A program made the position numbers and the translations under genes. The notes below the pieces were generated by a model. That model was not told the DNA's origin, ran no database searches, and saw only the letters and a program-made list of their open reading frames with translations. Shown one piece after another: positions 1 to 31,888 of a stretch of DNA of 64,000 nt. The number at the start of each line of letters is the position of its first letter. Within the stretch, counting starts at the first letter, position 1. Origin of the DNA: Macrostomum lignano (taxonomy: Eukaryota); NCBI GenBank assembly GCA_002269645.1, contig NIVC01000068.1, positions 434,001 to 498,000 on the forward strand. The letters run 5' to 3'.

Positions 1-741
1 AACCTTTAAACACTCACGCCGTATCTTAAAACACCTCACCTAGCGTCTCAGAATGGTCTAGATAGAAGACAAAAAATCAGAATCAAAAGTCGCAGTTCAC
101 TATAGCCAAAATTATTTAAAGTACATTGACTTGAAATGCCCTCCCTAGAAATTTGTTTAACAGCGTTGCACAGGCGAATGCTGAATACAAATTGCATATT
201 GGTATATTTTCAAAGCGAGTTTGTTGGCACCCACCAGAATGCTATTGGAGAATTACAATTAGATCTTGTTGCTGTAACGATATTACTCTACAGAATAAGC
301 ATGCATCAAAATTGTTGGCGTGAAAAATGTTTTTCTTAATGAGCACTTCCATTTTTTCTGAACTACCTTTACAAACCCAGGGAACTGCATCAGCAAAAAT
401 TCATCAATATGTAAACTAATGAAGAATTTGGATTGCTAATCTATGGAAGGTAAAAAACTTACATAATCAAATGTTTGTACAAAAAAATAATAAGTTTTTC
501 AATTTCCAGCAAGTACAAAAAATGCAAGAGTTAGAACAAAATTTGGTCATCGAGCTGGAACAGTTGAAGAATTCAGTCATGAGCCTCATGTAGGGCTTAA
601 CTTGGCGCAGTCAGACTGGGTAGACAAACTTTGGAGACCGCACGAATGAGACGTGGCTGCCTGGCCTGATCAACTCGAATATAATTACCTGCGGCGGGGA
701 GCGTGTGGTGGCGTCTGCGTTGATGCTGTAGCAACAGGGGT

Positions 742-789
<48 letters not shown>
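742..789. repeat. (GACA)n microsatellite
   Basis: About 12 perfect GACA units read directly. Confidence 0.95.
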
Positions 790-797
790 CTCTTACG

Positions 798-3700
798 ACT
801 GTCTGTGTGTTTAGCGGGACCTGAGTTATGTTAATGCGTTACGTGGACCACGCAATTCCGGTTAAAAAATAGAGTCTGTTTTGACAACGCGAAAGGCTAG
901 CTAGGGTTATCTTTTTGTTAACTTGACGGAATAGCCAGTTCGGGGAAACTGTGGTGGTTCACTAACTACGTTTTGGGGACCGGGTTAGGTGGACCGCAAA
1001 AAAACAGTTGGTTTAGTTAGACCTCTTTCGTTGTAGAAAATTTATTGCTTTAAACTGTTCTTTTGAACTAATTAAAACAGAAATTCTCAAAAAGAACAGA
1101 TAAAAGGGTTACGACGTCATTTAATGAAAATATCCCAAGTTCAAACCAATTTATTTAGCATTACTAATCGAGTTAATCGGGTTAAACAAATGTACGATCG
1201 CATTAGTTAGTTGCGTCGCGTGAATACAAGAAGGTGAATGAAAATAAAGCATTTTGAAAATGAATACCGAATCATATCAAATACTAACTGTAAACTCATT
1301 AAAACTAATTTAGGTCAAAATGTATGCTTCAAATACATGTTAACAAACGTAAGATTCCATTAGTTAAAAAAGGTCATCCGAGTACGAGCCTACAAGAAGT
1401 TGAAGGGCATTTTTAATAACGACAAAAGTTACTAAAACTGAAATTAAATTGATTTGACTACATCAGTCCTATTATACTGAATGAGTTAATGAGCAATCAT
1501 ATGATAAGCCAATCATTTTACCGACTTTCATCTTTTCGTTCACGCAGATGATGGCTTAATCTTCTTATTTTTTCTACGAAATATTCTCCTGGACCTTCCC
1601 TGCCTCCGTGGTCCGGGACCGCTTCTGTTATTGATCTGTCATTGCCTCTCTCACGAATTTCAGCTTACTCAGCCATCGAATCCGCTTTCGTCAGCTCAGC
1701 TCTACTGTATGATGAACCTTTCTATATTACTCGTCAATTAGTGGTTTGAATCTTCTTTTACAGTTCGTTTTAACCTTCATCTCGGTGAAACGCAGTCAGT
1801 CTCGTCGAGCTCAGGCGAACAAAATCAACCACAGGCTCCTACAAAGGTAGAAAATAAAATTAACTGACAATCAAACAGACACAGAAATCTGTTCCAGTTG
1901 TGTCTGTAGGTTATGTGGACCACCTGAGAGCCAGAGCCTCAAACAGAAAGAAATCTGTTCGAGTTGTGTCTGTAGGTTAGGTGGACCAGCTATTCTACAG
2001 CACTTCTAGGCGATAATCTGAGCCAGGAATCTCCGAGAGCCTCTCGTTACACATCCAGATGTTCTGCCTTGATGCTGGACTAGCTCACTTTCTAGGAATC
2101 TGTTCTGATTGCATTCTAACAAACTGAAGCATTCTCGGCACTAAACTTTCTCGGCGGCTCTGAGAGCCAGAGCCTCAAACAGACAGAGAAATCTGTTCGA
2201 GTTGTGTCTGTAGGTTAGGTGGACCAGCTACTCCACAGCACTTCTAGGCGATAATCTGAGCCAGGAGTCTTCGAGAGACTTTCGTTACACATCCAGATGT
2301 TCTGCCTTGATGCTGGACTAGCTCACTTTCTAGGAATCTGTTCTGATTGCATTCTAACAAACTGAAGCATTCTCGGCACTAAACTTTCTCGGCGGCTCTG
2401 AGAGCCAGAGCCTCAAACAGACAGAGAAATCTGTTCGAGTTGTGTCTGTAGGTTAGGTGGACCAGCTTCTGAGAGCCAAAGCCTCAAACAGACTGTGAGA
2501 GCTGCTTCAGTTGTGTCTGTAGGTTAGGTGGACCACCTAAGAGCCAGTGCCTCAAACAGACAGAGAAATCTGTTCGAGTTGTGTCTGTAGGTTAGGTGGA
2601 CCAGCTACTCCACAGCACTTCTAGGCGATAATCTGAGCCAGGAATCTCCGAGAGCCTCTCGTTACACATCCAGATGTTCTGCCTTGATGCTGGACTAGCT
2701 CACTTTCTAGGAATCTGTTCTGATTGCATTCTAACAAACTGAAGCATTCTCGGCACTAAACTTTCTCGGCGGCTCTGAGAGCCAGAGCCTCAAACAGACA
2801 GAGAAATCTGTTCGAGTTGTGTCTGTAGGTTAGGTGGACCAGCTACTCCACAGCACTTCTAGGCGATAATCTGAGCCAGGAGTCTTCGAGAGACTTTCGT
2901 TACACATCCAGATGTTCTGCCTTGATGCTGGACTAGCTCACTTTCTAGGAATCTGTTCTGATTGCATTCTAACAAACTGAAGCATTCTCGGCACTAAACT
3001 TTCTCGGCGGCTCTGAGAGCCAGAGCCTCAAACAGACAGAGAAATCTGTTCGAGTTGTGTCTGTAGGTTAGGTGGACCAGCTTCTGAGAGCCAAAGCCTC
3101 AAACAGACTGTGAGAGCTGCTTCAGTTGTGTCTGTAGGTTAGGTGGACCACCTAAGAGCCAGTGCCTCAAACAGACAGAGAAATCTGTTCGAGTTGTGTC
3201 TGTAGGTTAGGTGGACCAGCTACTCCACAGCACTTCTAGGCGATAATCTGAGCCAGGAGTCTTCGAGAGACTTTCGTTACACATCCAGATGTTCTGCCTT
3301 GATGCTGGACTAGCTCACTTTCTAGGAATCTGTTCTGATTGCATTCTAACAAACTGAAGCATTCTCGGCACTAAACTTTCTCGGCGGCTCTGAGAGCCAG
3401 AGCCTCAAACAGACAGAGAAATCTGTTCGAGTTGTGTCTGTAGGTTAGGTGGACCAGCTTCTGAGAGCCAAAGCCTCAAACAGACTGTGAGAGCTGCTTC
3501 AGTTGTGTCTGTAGGTTAGGTGGACCACCTAAGAGCCAGTGCCTCAAACAGACAGAGAAATCTGTTCGAGTTGTGTCTGTAGGTTAGGTGGACCAGCTAT
3601 TCTACAGCACTTCTAGGCGATAATCTGAGCCAGGAATCTCCAAGAGCCTCTCGTTACACATCCAGATGTTCTGCCTTGATGCTGGACTAGCTCACTTTCT

Positions 3701-6700
3701 AGGAATCTGTTCTGATTGCATTCTAACAAACTGAAGCATTCTCGGCACTAAACTTTCTCGGCGGCTCTGAGATCCAGAGCCTCAAACAGACAGAGAAATC
3801 TGTTTGAGTTGTGTCTGTAGGTTAGGTGGACCAGCTACTCCACAGCACTTCTAGGCGATAATCTGAGCCAGGAGTCTTCGAGAGACTTTCGTTACACATC
3901 CAGATGTTCTGCCTTGATGCTGGACTAGCTCACTTTCTAGGAATCTGTTCTGATTGCATTCTAACAAACTGAAGCATTCTCGGCACTAAACTTTCTCGGC
4001 GGCTCTGAGAGCCAGAGCCTCAAACAGACAGAGAAATCTGTTCGAGTTGTGTCTGTAGGTTAGGTGGACCAGCTACTCCACAGCACTTCTAGGCGATAAT
4101 CTGAGCCAGGAATCTCCAAGAGCCTCTCGTTACACATCCAAATGTTCTGCCTTGATGCTGGACTAGCTCACTTTCTAGGAATCTGTTCTGATTGCATTCT
4201 AACAAACTGAAGCATTCTCGGCACTAAACTTTCTCGGCGGCTCTGAGAGCCAGAGCCTCAAACAGACAGAGAAATCTGTTCGAGTTGTGTCTGTAGGTTA
4301 GGTGGACCAGCTACTCCACAGCACTTCTAGGCGATAATCTGAGCCAGGAATCTCCAAGAGCCTCTCGTTACACATCCAGATGTTCTGCCTTGATGCTGGA
4401 CTAGCTCACTTTCTAGGAATCTGTTCTGATTGCATTCTAACAAACTGAAGCATTCTCGGCACTAAACTTTCTCGGCGGCTCTGAGATCCAGAGCCTCAAA
4501 CAGACAGAGAAATCTGTTCGAGTTGTGTCTGTAGGTTAGGTGGACCAGCTACTCCACAGCACTTCTAGGCGATAATCTGAGCCAGGAGTCTTCGAGAGAC
4601 TTTCGTTACACATCCAGATGTTCTGCCTTGATGCTGGACTAGCTCACTTTCTAGGAATCTGTTCTGATTGCATTCTAACAAACTGAAGCATTCTCGGCAC
4701 TAAACTTTCTCGGCGGCTCTGAGATCCAGAGCCTCAAACAGACAGAGAAATCTGTTCGAGTTGTGTCTGTAGGTTAGGTGGACCAGCTACTCCACAGCAC
4801 TTCTAGGCGATAATCTGAGCCAGGAGTCTTCGAGAGACTTTCGTTACACATCCAGATGTTCTGCCTTGATGCTGGACTAGCTCACTTTCTAGGAATCTGT
4901 TCTGATTGCATTCTAACAAACTGAAGCATTCTCGGCACTAAACTTTCTCGGCGGCTCTGAGAGCCAGAGCCTCAAACAGACAGAGAAAACTGTTCGAGTT
5001 GTGTTTGTAGGTTAGGTGGACCAGCTACTCCACAGCACTTCTAGGCGATAATCTGAGCCAGGAATCTCCAAGAGCCTCTCGTTACACATCCAGATGTTCT
5101 GCCTTGATGCTGGACTAGCTCACTTTCTAGGAATCTGTTCTGATTGCATTCTAACAAACTGAAGCATTCTCGGCACTAAACTTTCTCGGCGGCTCTGAGA
5201 GCCAGAGCCTCAAACAGACAGAGAAATCTGTTCGAGTTGTGTCTGTAGGTTAGGTGGACCAGCTACTCCACAGCACTTCTAGGCGATAATCTGAGCCAGG
5301 AATCTCCAAGAGCCTCTCGTTACACATCCAGATGTTCTGCCTTGATGCTGGACTAGCTCACTTTCTAGGAATCTGTTCTGATTGCATTCTAACAAACTGA
5401 AGCATTCTCGGCACTAAACTTTCTCGGCGGCTCTGAGATCCAGAGCCTCAAACAGACAGAGAAATCTGTTCGAGTTGTGTCTGTAGGTTAGGTGGACCAG
5501 CTACTCCACAGCACTTCTAGGCGATAATCTGAGCCAGGAGTCTTCGAGAGACTTTCGTTACACATCCAGATGTTCTGCCTTGATGCTGGACTAGCTCACT
5601 TTCTAGGAATCTGTTCTGATTGCATTCTAACAAACTGAAGCATTCTCGGCACTAAACTTTCTCGGCGGCTCTGAGAGCCAGAGCCTCAAACAGACAGAGA
5701 AATCTGTTCGAGTTGTGTCTGTAGGTTAGGTGGACCAGCTACTCCACAGCACTTCTAGGCGATAATCTGAGCCAGGAGTCTTCGAGAGACTTTCGTTACA
5801 CATCCAGATGTTCTGCCTTGATGCTGGACTAGCTCACTTTTAATGAATCTGTTCTGATTGCATTCTAACAAACTGAAGCATTCTCGGCACTAAACTTTCT
5901 CGGCGGCTCTGAGAGCCAGAGCCTCAAACAGACAGAAATCTGTTCGAGTTGTGTCTGTAGGTTAGGTGGACCAGCTACTCCACAGCACTTCTAGGCGATA
6001 ATCTGAGCCAGGAGTCTTCGAGAGACTTTCGTTACACATCCAGATGTTCTGCCTTGATGCTGGACTAGCTCACTTTCTAGGAATCTGTTCTGATTGCATT
6101 CTAACAAACTGAAGCATTCTCGGCACTAAACTTTCTCGGCGGCTCTGAGATCCAGAGCCTCAAACAGACAGAGAAATCTGTTCGAGTTGTGTCTGTAGGT
6201 TAGGTGGACCAGCTTCTGAGAGCCAAAGCCTCAAACAGACTGAGAGAGCTGCTTCAGTTGTGTCTGTAGGTTATGTGGACCACCTAAGAGCCAGTGCCTC
6301 AAACAGACTGAGAGAGCTGCTTCAGTTGTGTCTGTAGGTTAGGTGGACCAGCTTCTCTACAGCAATTGAGTTGCAGGCCTTGCAGCTAGCTACTTTGAGA
6401 TCATCAAACAAAACTCACTTTTCTGGACTCGGTGTCGACGGATTTGCGAGCAGACTGATGATTTTCACCAGGCGATGCGGCTTCTTCGATTTCGCAGTGG
6501 CTTTTTGCGACGGTGTTTTTTAGTTTTTATTTTAGGCTTGGCGTCCTTTTTTGCGGGTCATCATATCTTGGTTGTAGATTATTACAGTTTTTGGCACAAT
6601 AAATTTATATATGGATGAAACTTGGAGTAAGGATTAACATTAGACCTATTAAGTATAAATAAAATCAGTTCTAATTTATACAATTGCAATCCTTTAGAGT

Positions 6701-8101
6701 TGTATAGTATGGATTATAAGTACTTTCTTTTAAACTGTCTGTGTCTGGTCTCACTACGCCATGGTTTACGTGGACCACCCGCTTAGACATTATATATCCC
6801 TCTCTCCACTGTCTTACCTTCAGAACGCTTGCGGGTTTCCTATTGGCTGCGGTCGGTCCCATTGTTGGGGTGGATCTATCCTCCTAAGTGTTAACCAGCC
6901 AATTATAGAAAGGGAGGTCTGTCTGTCTGTCTGTTCCAACCCTATACTCCTGCACATGTGTTTACGTGGACCAAGCAGACAGTGAGTGTTAGGCTGACTG
7001 TTAATGCGTTCTTAGTTTTACTGGGACCGCAATCAAGTCGACCTTTTGCTAGAGAGTCAGAGACCCGATCGCTAGCTAAAAGGCCCTTCTTAATTGCGTC
7101 CTCTTGATCAAATCTTTTGCATGTACATGTATGAATTGTCCTTTTCAATTAGGTAAATTGCATCTTCAACTTTGCACTTGAAAGGCTGCAGCTTAGGATC
7201 TTCTTCTTCCAAAATTGGAGGAGGATAGAACAGGATATCCCATAGTGTTTAGGATAGAATTGGCAAGCACTTAATTCATGAAGTTGCTATTTTCTTCTTG
7301 TGTAATGGTAGAGCCTCAGAAATTCGCATTTACACAGTGTGGCTATCAAGGACCACCGGGAGTTCTTGAGAAGTCATTGAAGAATACTATTTAGGCTTCA
7401 CTTAAATATCTTTCTTGTCTCGGAGTCTTTATCGTTTGATCTGGTTAGCGAATTGGATTTCTTTACGTTGGTGTCTTACTCTGTGAGTCTGTGCTCAGAG
7501 TACGATACCGGAATTGCTGGAACTGAGCTAATTAAATGGAGTTTAAAGTTTACTGTATCAAATTCATTTCGCATACGAGGTTTCAGAATTTTTAATTAAC
7601 CTGCGTACCTACTTGAATGTCAAAGAACTGAACGCATATTGTTTTAAAGCCAGTAGCGGTCATAATATGATGCCAACATACCCCTTTGTTCGTAAGGTAA
7701 TGATCTGTAAAAAAATCAGTTTTGCATTGAATCTATGCTTAATAACTGCTATACACAAACAGACACAAACAGACACAAACAGACACAAACAGACGATTTT
7801 CGAAAAATTTTCTAAAATTTTTCGGTTTACGTGGACCAGACTCGCTCGGTTTAGGTAGACCAGGCTGGAGGTCCAGCTAAACTGAAATGCAAATAACTTT
7901 GGAAAAAACCATGCTAGACATCTCAAAATTGCTTAAGCCTTTCTTGACCCGCCTGACATTAATGTGAGATCCTCATCAACGTCTTAACCCCACCAGAGAC
8001 AAAATTATTTGGTGGTCCACCTAAGTGGTCTACCTACACCGGGTGGTCCAGCTAACGAGGCTACTGAACTTCCAAAAAGTCCACGTAAACACACAGACAG
8101 T
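798..8101. mobile_element. Putative non-autonomous element (Helentron/HINE- or MITE-like) with terminal inverted repeats, containing a tandem satellite
   Basis: 798-820 ACTGTCTGTGTGTTTAGCGGGAC is a 20/23 reverse-complement match to 8079-8101 GTCCACGTAAACACACAGACAGT. (GACA)n tracts lie just outside both ends. No transposase ORF seen. Class assignment is inference. Confidence 0.45.
1872..6352. repeat. 238-bp tandem satellite (~16 long units) with inserted ~68-70-bp subunits
   Basis: Unit start CTGAGAGCCAGAGCCTC recurs at 2160 and 2398 (238 bp). Extra short subunits ending GGTTAGGTGGACCA at ~2470-2600, 3080-3210, 3460-3590 and 6215-6350 give ~376-bp variant units. Confidence 0.95.
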
Positions 8102-8103
8102 AG

Positions 8104-9160
<1,057 letters not shown>

Positions 9161-9574
9161 GGCCACTAAACTGGAATTCATTCCCAAGCAGCCGGCAGGC
9201 CAGCAGACAAAAAGATGATTGGCAAGTGCAGGCAATCAGCCGCCTCGGCAGGGTGCCAGCAGCAAGGATGGGGCTGAGCTAAATAAGGTCAAGCAGACTG
9301 ACACGCGAGGCAAGCTAATTCTGATGCGACAGGGACCGCTTCAGAGAGTGATGCGTGCACAGAATCCCCAGGCAAAATTTTGAAATTCAAAAATATGATT
9401 CCCTACGTTAAAGATATTCAAAGTGAAAGCGAGTTTGCACTGCTCATCTATTTTATCAGCAGCTCGGTCCTTGCGGATCTATCGATCTTTGACTAACCTA
9501 TCCAAATCCCCAATGTATTGCTACCAAACCCTCCTTGTCTTCCCTACACTACAACTACACTAACTACCTAAAAG

Positions 9575-10230
9575 AATACTCTACTCTACTCTATCTACCG
9601 CACAGAATCTACTCTATCTACCGCACAGAATCTACTCTATCTACCGCACAGAATCTACCCTATCTACCGCACAGAATCTATCCTATCTACCGCACAGAAT
9701 CTACTCTATCTACCGCACAGAATCTACTCTATCTACCGCACAGAATCTACCCTATCTACCGCACAGAATCTACCCTATCTACCGCACAGAATCTACTCTA
9801 TCTACCGCACAGAATCTACTCTACCTAATCCACACTATCTACCCTATCTACAGAATCTACCCTTTCTACGTACAGAACTTACACTTTCTACCCAAAGAAT
9901 CTACACTTTCTACCTACAGAATCTACACTTTCTACCTACAGAATCTACACTTTCTACCTACAGAATCTACACTTTCTACCTACAGAATCTACACTTTCTA
10001 CCTACAGAATCTACACTTTCTACCTACAGAATCTACACTTTCTACCCAAAGAATCTACACTTTCTAACTACAGAATCTACACTTTCTACCTACAGAATCT
10101 ACACTTTCTACCTACAGAATCTACACTTTCTACCTACAGAATCTACACTTTCTAACTACAGAAATCTACCCTATCTACCTTATTACCTATCCACACAATC
10201 TACCCTATCTACCGCACAGAGTCTACTATA
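9575..10230. repeat. 22-23-bp minisatellite (CTACCGCACAGAATCTACTCTAT grading into CTACCTACAGAATCTACACTTT)
   Basis: Tandem periodicity read directly. Confidence 0.9.
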
Positions 10231-10263
10231 ACAAGCCGAGTCCCTCAGCAGCCTCCCAGATAC

Positions 10264-17525
<7,262 letters not shown>

Positions 17526-18976
17526 TATAATAATTAATGAATTTTGTTGCATGGGATGCTACTATTAAATTCTATCTATCAAATCCTCAAATCCTTCATA
17601 TCAAGGTGATATGAAACAAGTTAAGGGTGTCAAATCTGCTTATTCGTGCTTGTGTAAAATGTTGCGTTGGTTGCTTAACGCGGTATAACTGAGTCGATGG
17701 CTGTCTGTCAGTTTCAGCTTCGCCTTCAGGTTGTATGTCTGTGATGCGATCGCGATGCCAATGTTAAACTAATTAAATAGAAACACATAGTACTTCAGAT
17801 TTTTCGAAAACATAAATATTGAATGGCTAAATATTGAATTGCCAGGCCTGACAGCGAGCAGCGACCTTGATTGGTTTAATTAATAAATAGGATATATAGT
17901 GACCTAGATCGGTTTAATTAATAAATAGGATATAATCGTACATCGCTTTGTTTCGTAGGTTGTTCTAAGAAAAATCGAAAGTCAAATCGCACAATTGAGA
18001 ATGTAAGGACTTACAAAAACAAATTAATAATAATTAATGTAGAGGATGCTTTAATAGTTTAATCAGTATGAATTTAAACGCTCTAAATTTTAATAACTCT
18101 TTAAAATAAACACTTCTGCTATTTATATAGTGCTCCCGATATAATTAGACATTGAATACAATTTTCTTAAGATAACTCTGTGATTTCTACAGATCTATTA
18201 AGATCCACAGATATACTATTGTAGCGTTGTTGATAAAATAAATGAGGCTTGAAGGCGGTGGTTCTTTGGTAATAATTGTTAGGGGAGTAAAAGAGTAAAA
18301 ATGTGTGTTGGCTATTAGCTGAGTGCCTAGCGTATATTTATAGACTGCTTCGCGGAACATTCTAGAATTCGGGAAGTGTGCGCGGGATTTTTAATTGCCA
18401 AATATGGAAAGTGCTATTTACGCGGAAATTTTGATAATGAAATGTTTAAATTTACGGCGGTACGGAAAGTTAGAAAAGGTCAATACAAAGTACTACACTA
18501 TAAACATTATTATAGTATCGGTGTTCTGGTCGTTCTATACGTCAAGGATTCAAAGTCATGTGATACGATATTTTTCGTTATTTCGTTATAAATAAGCTCA
18601 CCTGCTTTAATTACTTAACTACTAATCACCTGCCGCTAGCATTGGCCCATATTTTCCTGCTTTCTTGGATTGATTTCAATATAATTAAAGGATTGATTGG
18701 GCTAGCCCTGATAATCATCTTCGCGAGCTATAAATCATCATGTTTATACATTAAATTTTTATGATGAAAGACAGGCTGATCAGAGAGATTCGAGACCATG
18801 TCGATAAAGCTAGACCTACATGTGTGCGTCATGGGACAAAACAGGTGGCCGCGAGGTAATTTGTGGCTGTTAATTAGCTGTTGTTATCGACCTTTCAATT
18901 AAAAAATATTGTTTCTATATAAACCCAATCCAACCAAAATAGAGATTTTATCCATATTGCAAGTCGCTTTTCAGTC
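17526..18976. promoter_or_regulatory. Divergent intergenic region (candidate bidirectional promoter) between the GH35 and GABA-B-like genes
   Basis: ATGs at 17525 (-) and 18977 (+) face away from each other, 1.45 kb apart. Contains a ~37-bp imperfect direct repeat (GGTTTAATTAATAAATAGGATATA core) at ~17863-17937. Confidence 0.5.
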
Positions 18977-29885
<10,909 letters not shown>

Positions 29886-30252
29886 TCGATCGAATGAGCG
29901 AATCTCTCTGTGAAGATCTGATTCACAATAAGGGGATGGGCGGATTCTTAATTAGGGGAAGAGTGATTCTCAATGTGAAGGGGCGGGTCTCAATTTAAGG
30001 GTGAAGCGCAGTTCTTACTTTGAGTAGGAAAGAATATATATATTTACTCAACATGCACATGCACACTTAATTTATTATAATTAACACTAGCATACCACCA
30101 CTGATTCAGCATGAAGTTATTAGGCTTCAACTGTAGTTATTAGATACAAACTGAACTTTCCCGTGCGCACGAACCCAAATACATGTATACACGTTCTGCA
30201 CGGATGTAAGATATACTGATTACCGTTCAAAGTTCAGTATAAAATTGATGAG

Positions 30253-30445
30253 GTTGCAGCCTAGTTGTTAGAGCGTCGGACTCACGACTGAAAGGTCAGG
30301 GGTTCGATTCTTGACCCACTTAACTTGGAACAATTTGCGTCCTTGAGCAAGAACCTACCTCTGAATTGTTTCAGTTCCCCAGCTGTAAAAATGGGTTGCC
30401 AGCTGGGGGTAATTAAGGATGCCTCGCTTGCACATCTGGTAATAA
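30253..30445 (+). mobile_element. tRNA-derived CORE-like SINE, 3'-shortened copy
   Basis: Homologous to the 15578-15882 copy (A/B boxes, CCTTGAGCAAG, CAGCTGTAAAAATGGG). Confidence 0.8.
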
Positions 30446-31888
30446 TATAAATTAGTATTAAAATAGATGTACTTTAGTCCTTAGTTTTACTTTAGAACAT
30501 TCATGCACCTTAAAAAACCGAGCGCAACATGTGGGTAGATAGCATTGCTGACTTCACAGTAGAGTTTAGTATAAATATACACTGTTATTACAACTATAGA
30601 TACAACTATATAGATGCACAATTTAATGCGGCTTGGCTTCTTGCTATTCATTTCGGTGTTCAAGCGCCATGTTACCATTGGTATAATTACCGACGATATG
30701 TATCGAAAAAATCTAATTAGATTTTAAAAATTTAACTACTCGAAATCAGTAGTATGATTCTTGCGCATTGATTCTGCCTAAATAAATATAATATATATTT
30801 ATTACTATTAGTGTCAGATAGTCATATATTTGCGAATAGTTTCAATATAATAATAGTATATCAAATTACAATAATATAGATATACAATTGATTTTTACTA
30901 ATTATATCTGACGCACACAGGTTCAACGCGAGCAGGCATGGCATTATTAAACACAAAAACACAAGAAAAAACAATATTACTATTAGTAGGACTATAAAGA
31001 TTACAGTAGTTGACAATACGCACTATTTAATGTTTTATTACATATGCACGGAGGAATACGCTAGCGATTGCAGATAGCAACGGCATGAGCACACGAACAC
31101 ACGGGGGAGATTAAAAGTTCAAATAGGAACAATGGGATTAACAAGGGATTACATGAATTGTTTAATAAATAATTACTATATGAGGCAGAATTGTTGTCTG
31201 CTAACAAATTAACTGTAACCCATCAATGCTTATGTTTATATTTGGCATAGATACGCTAAAAAACTATATAATTTAATTAACTTGAAGCGACAAGACCAAT
31301 TCTGCAACATAACAACAGCAACAACAATAACAACAAATTGAAACTGTGATTTCGTGTTGAGCAAATAAACGTTTGACTACATTTATATATGGCGTATTAA
31401 TTGTGGTACACAAATTTTTGAATTACAAATTATTTATCAGATAAAATCAATTAACTAAATGATTAATTAATTGATGGTGTCTGCACTTTTAGCCATAGAA
31501 ACTGACGGCTTAGCATATATACCGGATATATATGAGCAGAGGCTTTTCTAAACTATGTGTACAGACGGGGTCAGAAAGAATCTGAATTGAAATATAAAAC
31601 CGGCTTTAAGCATTAATGAATGACTTTAATCAATAATTACAGTTGGTCTGCCAGCGAGTCTGTACAGGTGCACCAGTATCCAGACTAAGCTAGGCTTTCA
31701 GTAATGACCAATAAATAAATGTTACTAGTAGAATTATTATTACTACTATTATGAACTAATAAACGCACGCGATAGATACCCATAATAATAATTGAAGGTT
31801 GTTTTTTCTTTGAAAAAAGCCAACTAACAACACAAGCGATTAAAGTTAAACAAATCAATGGCAGAGGGGGGAGGCGGGGCCGGCAACC

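Noticed and set aside
136-339. 67-aa ORF, and other short ORFs such as 6671-7148, 17004-17276, 39191-39466, 45215-45481, 58818-59116 and 63360-63542
   Set aside because: No recognisable motifs or splice-consistent partners; lengths are compatible with chance.
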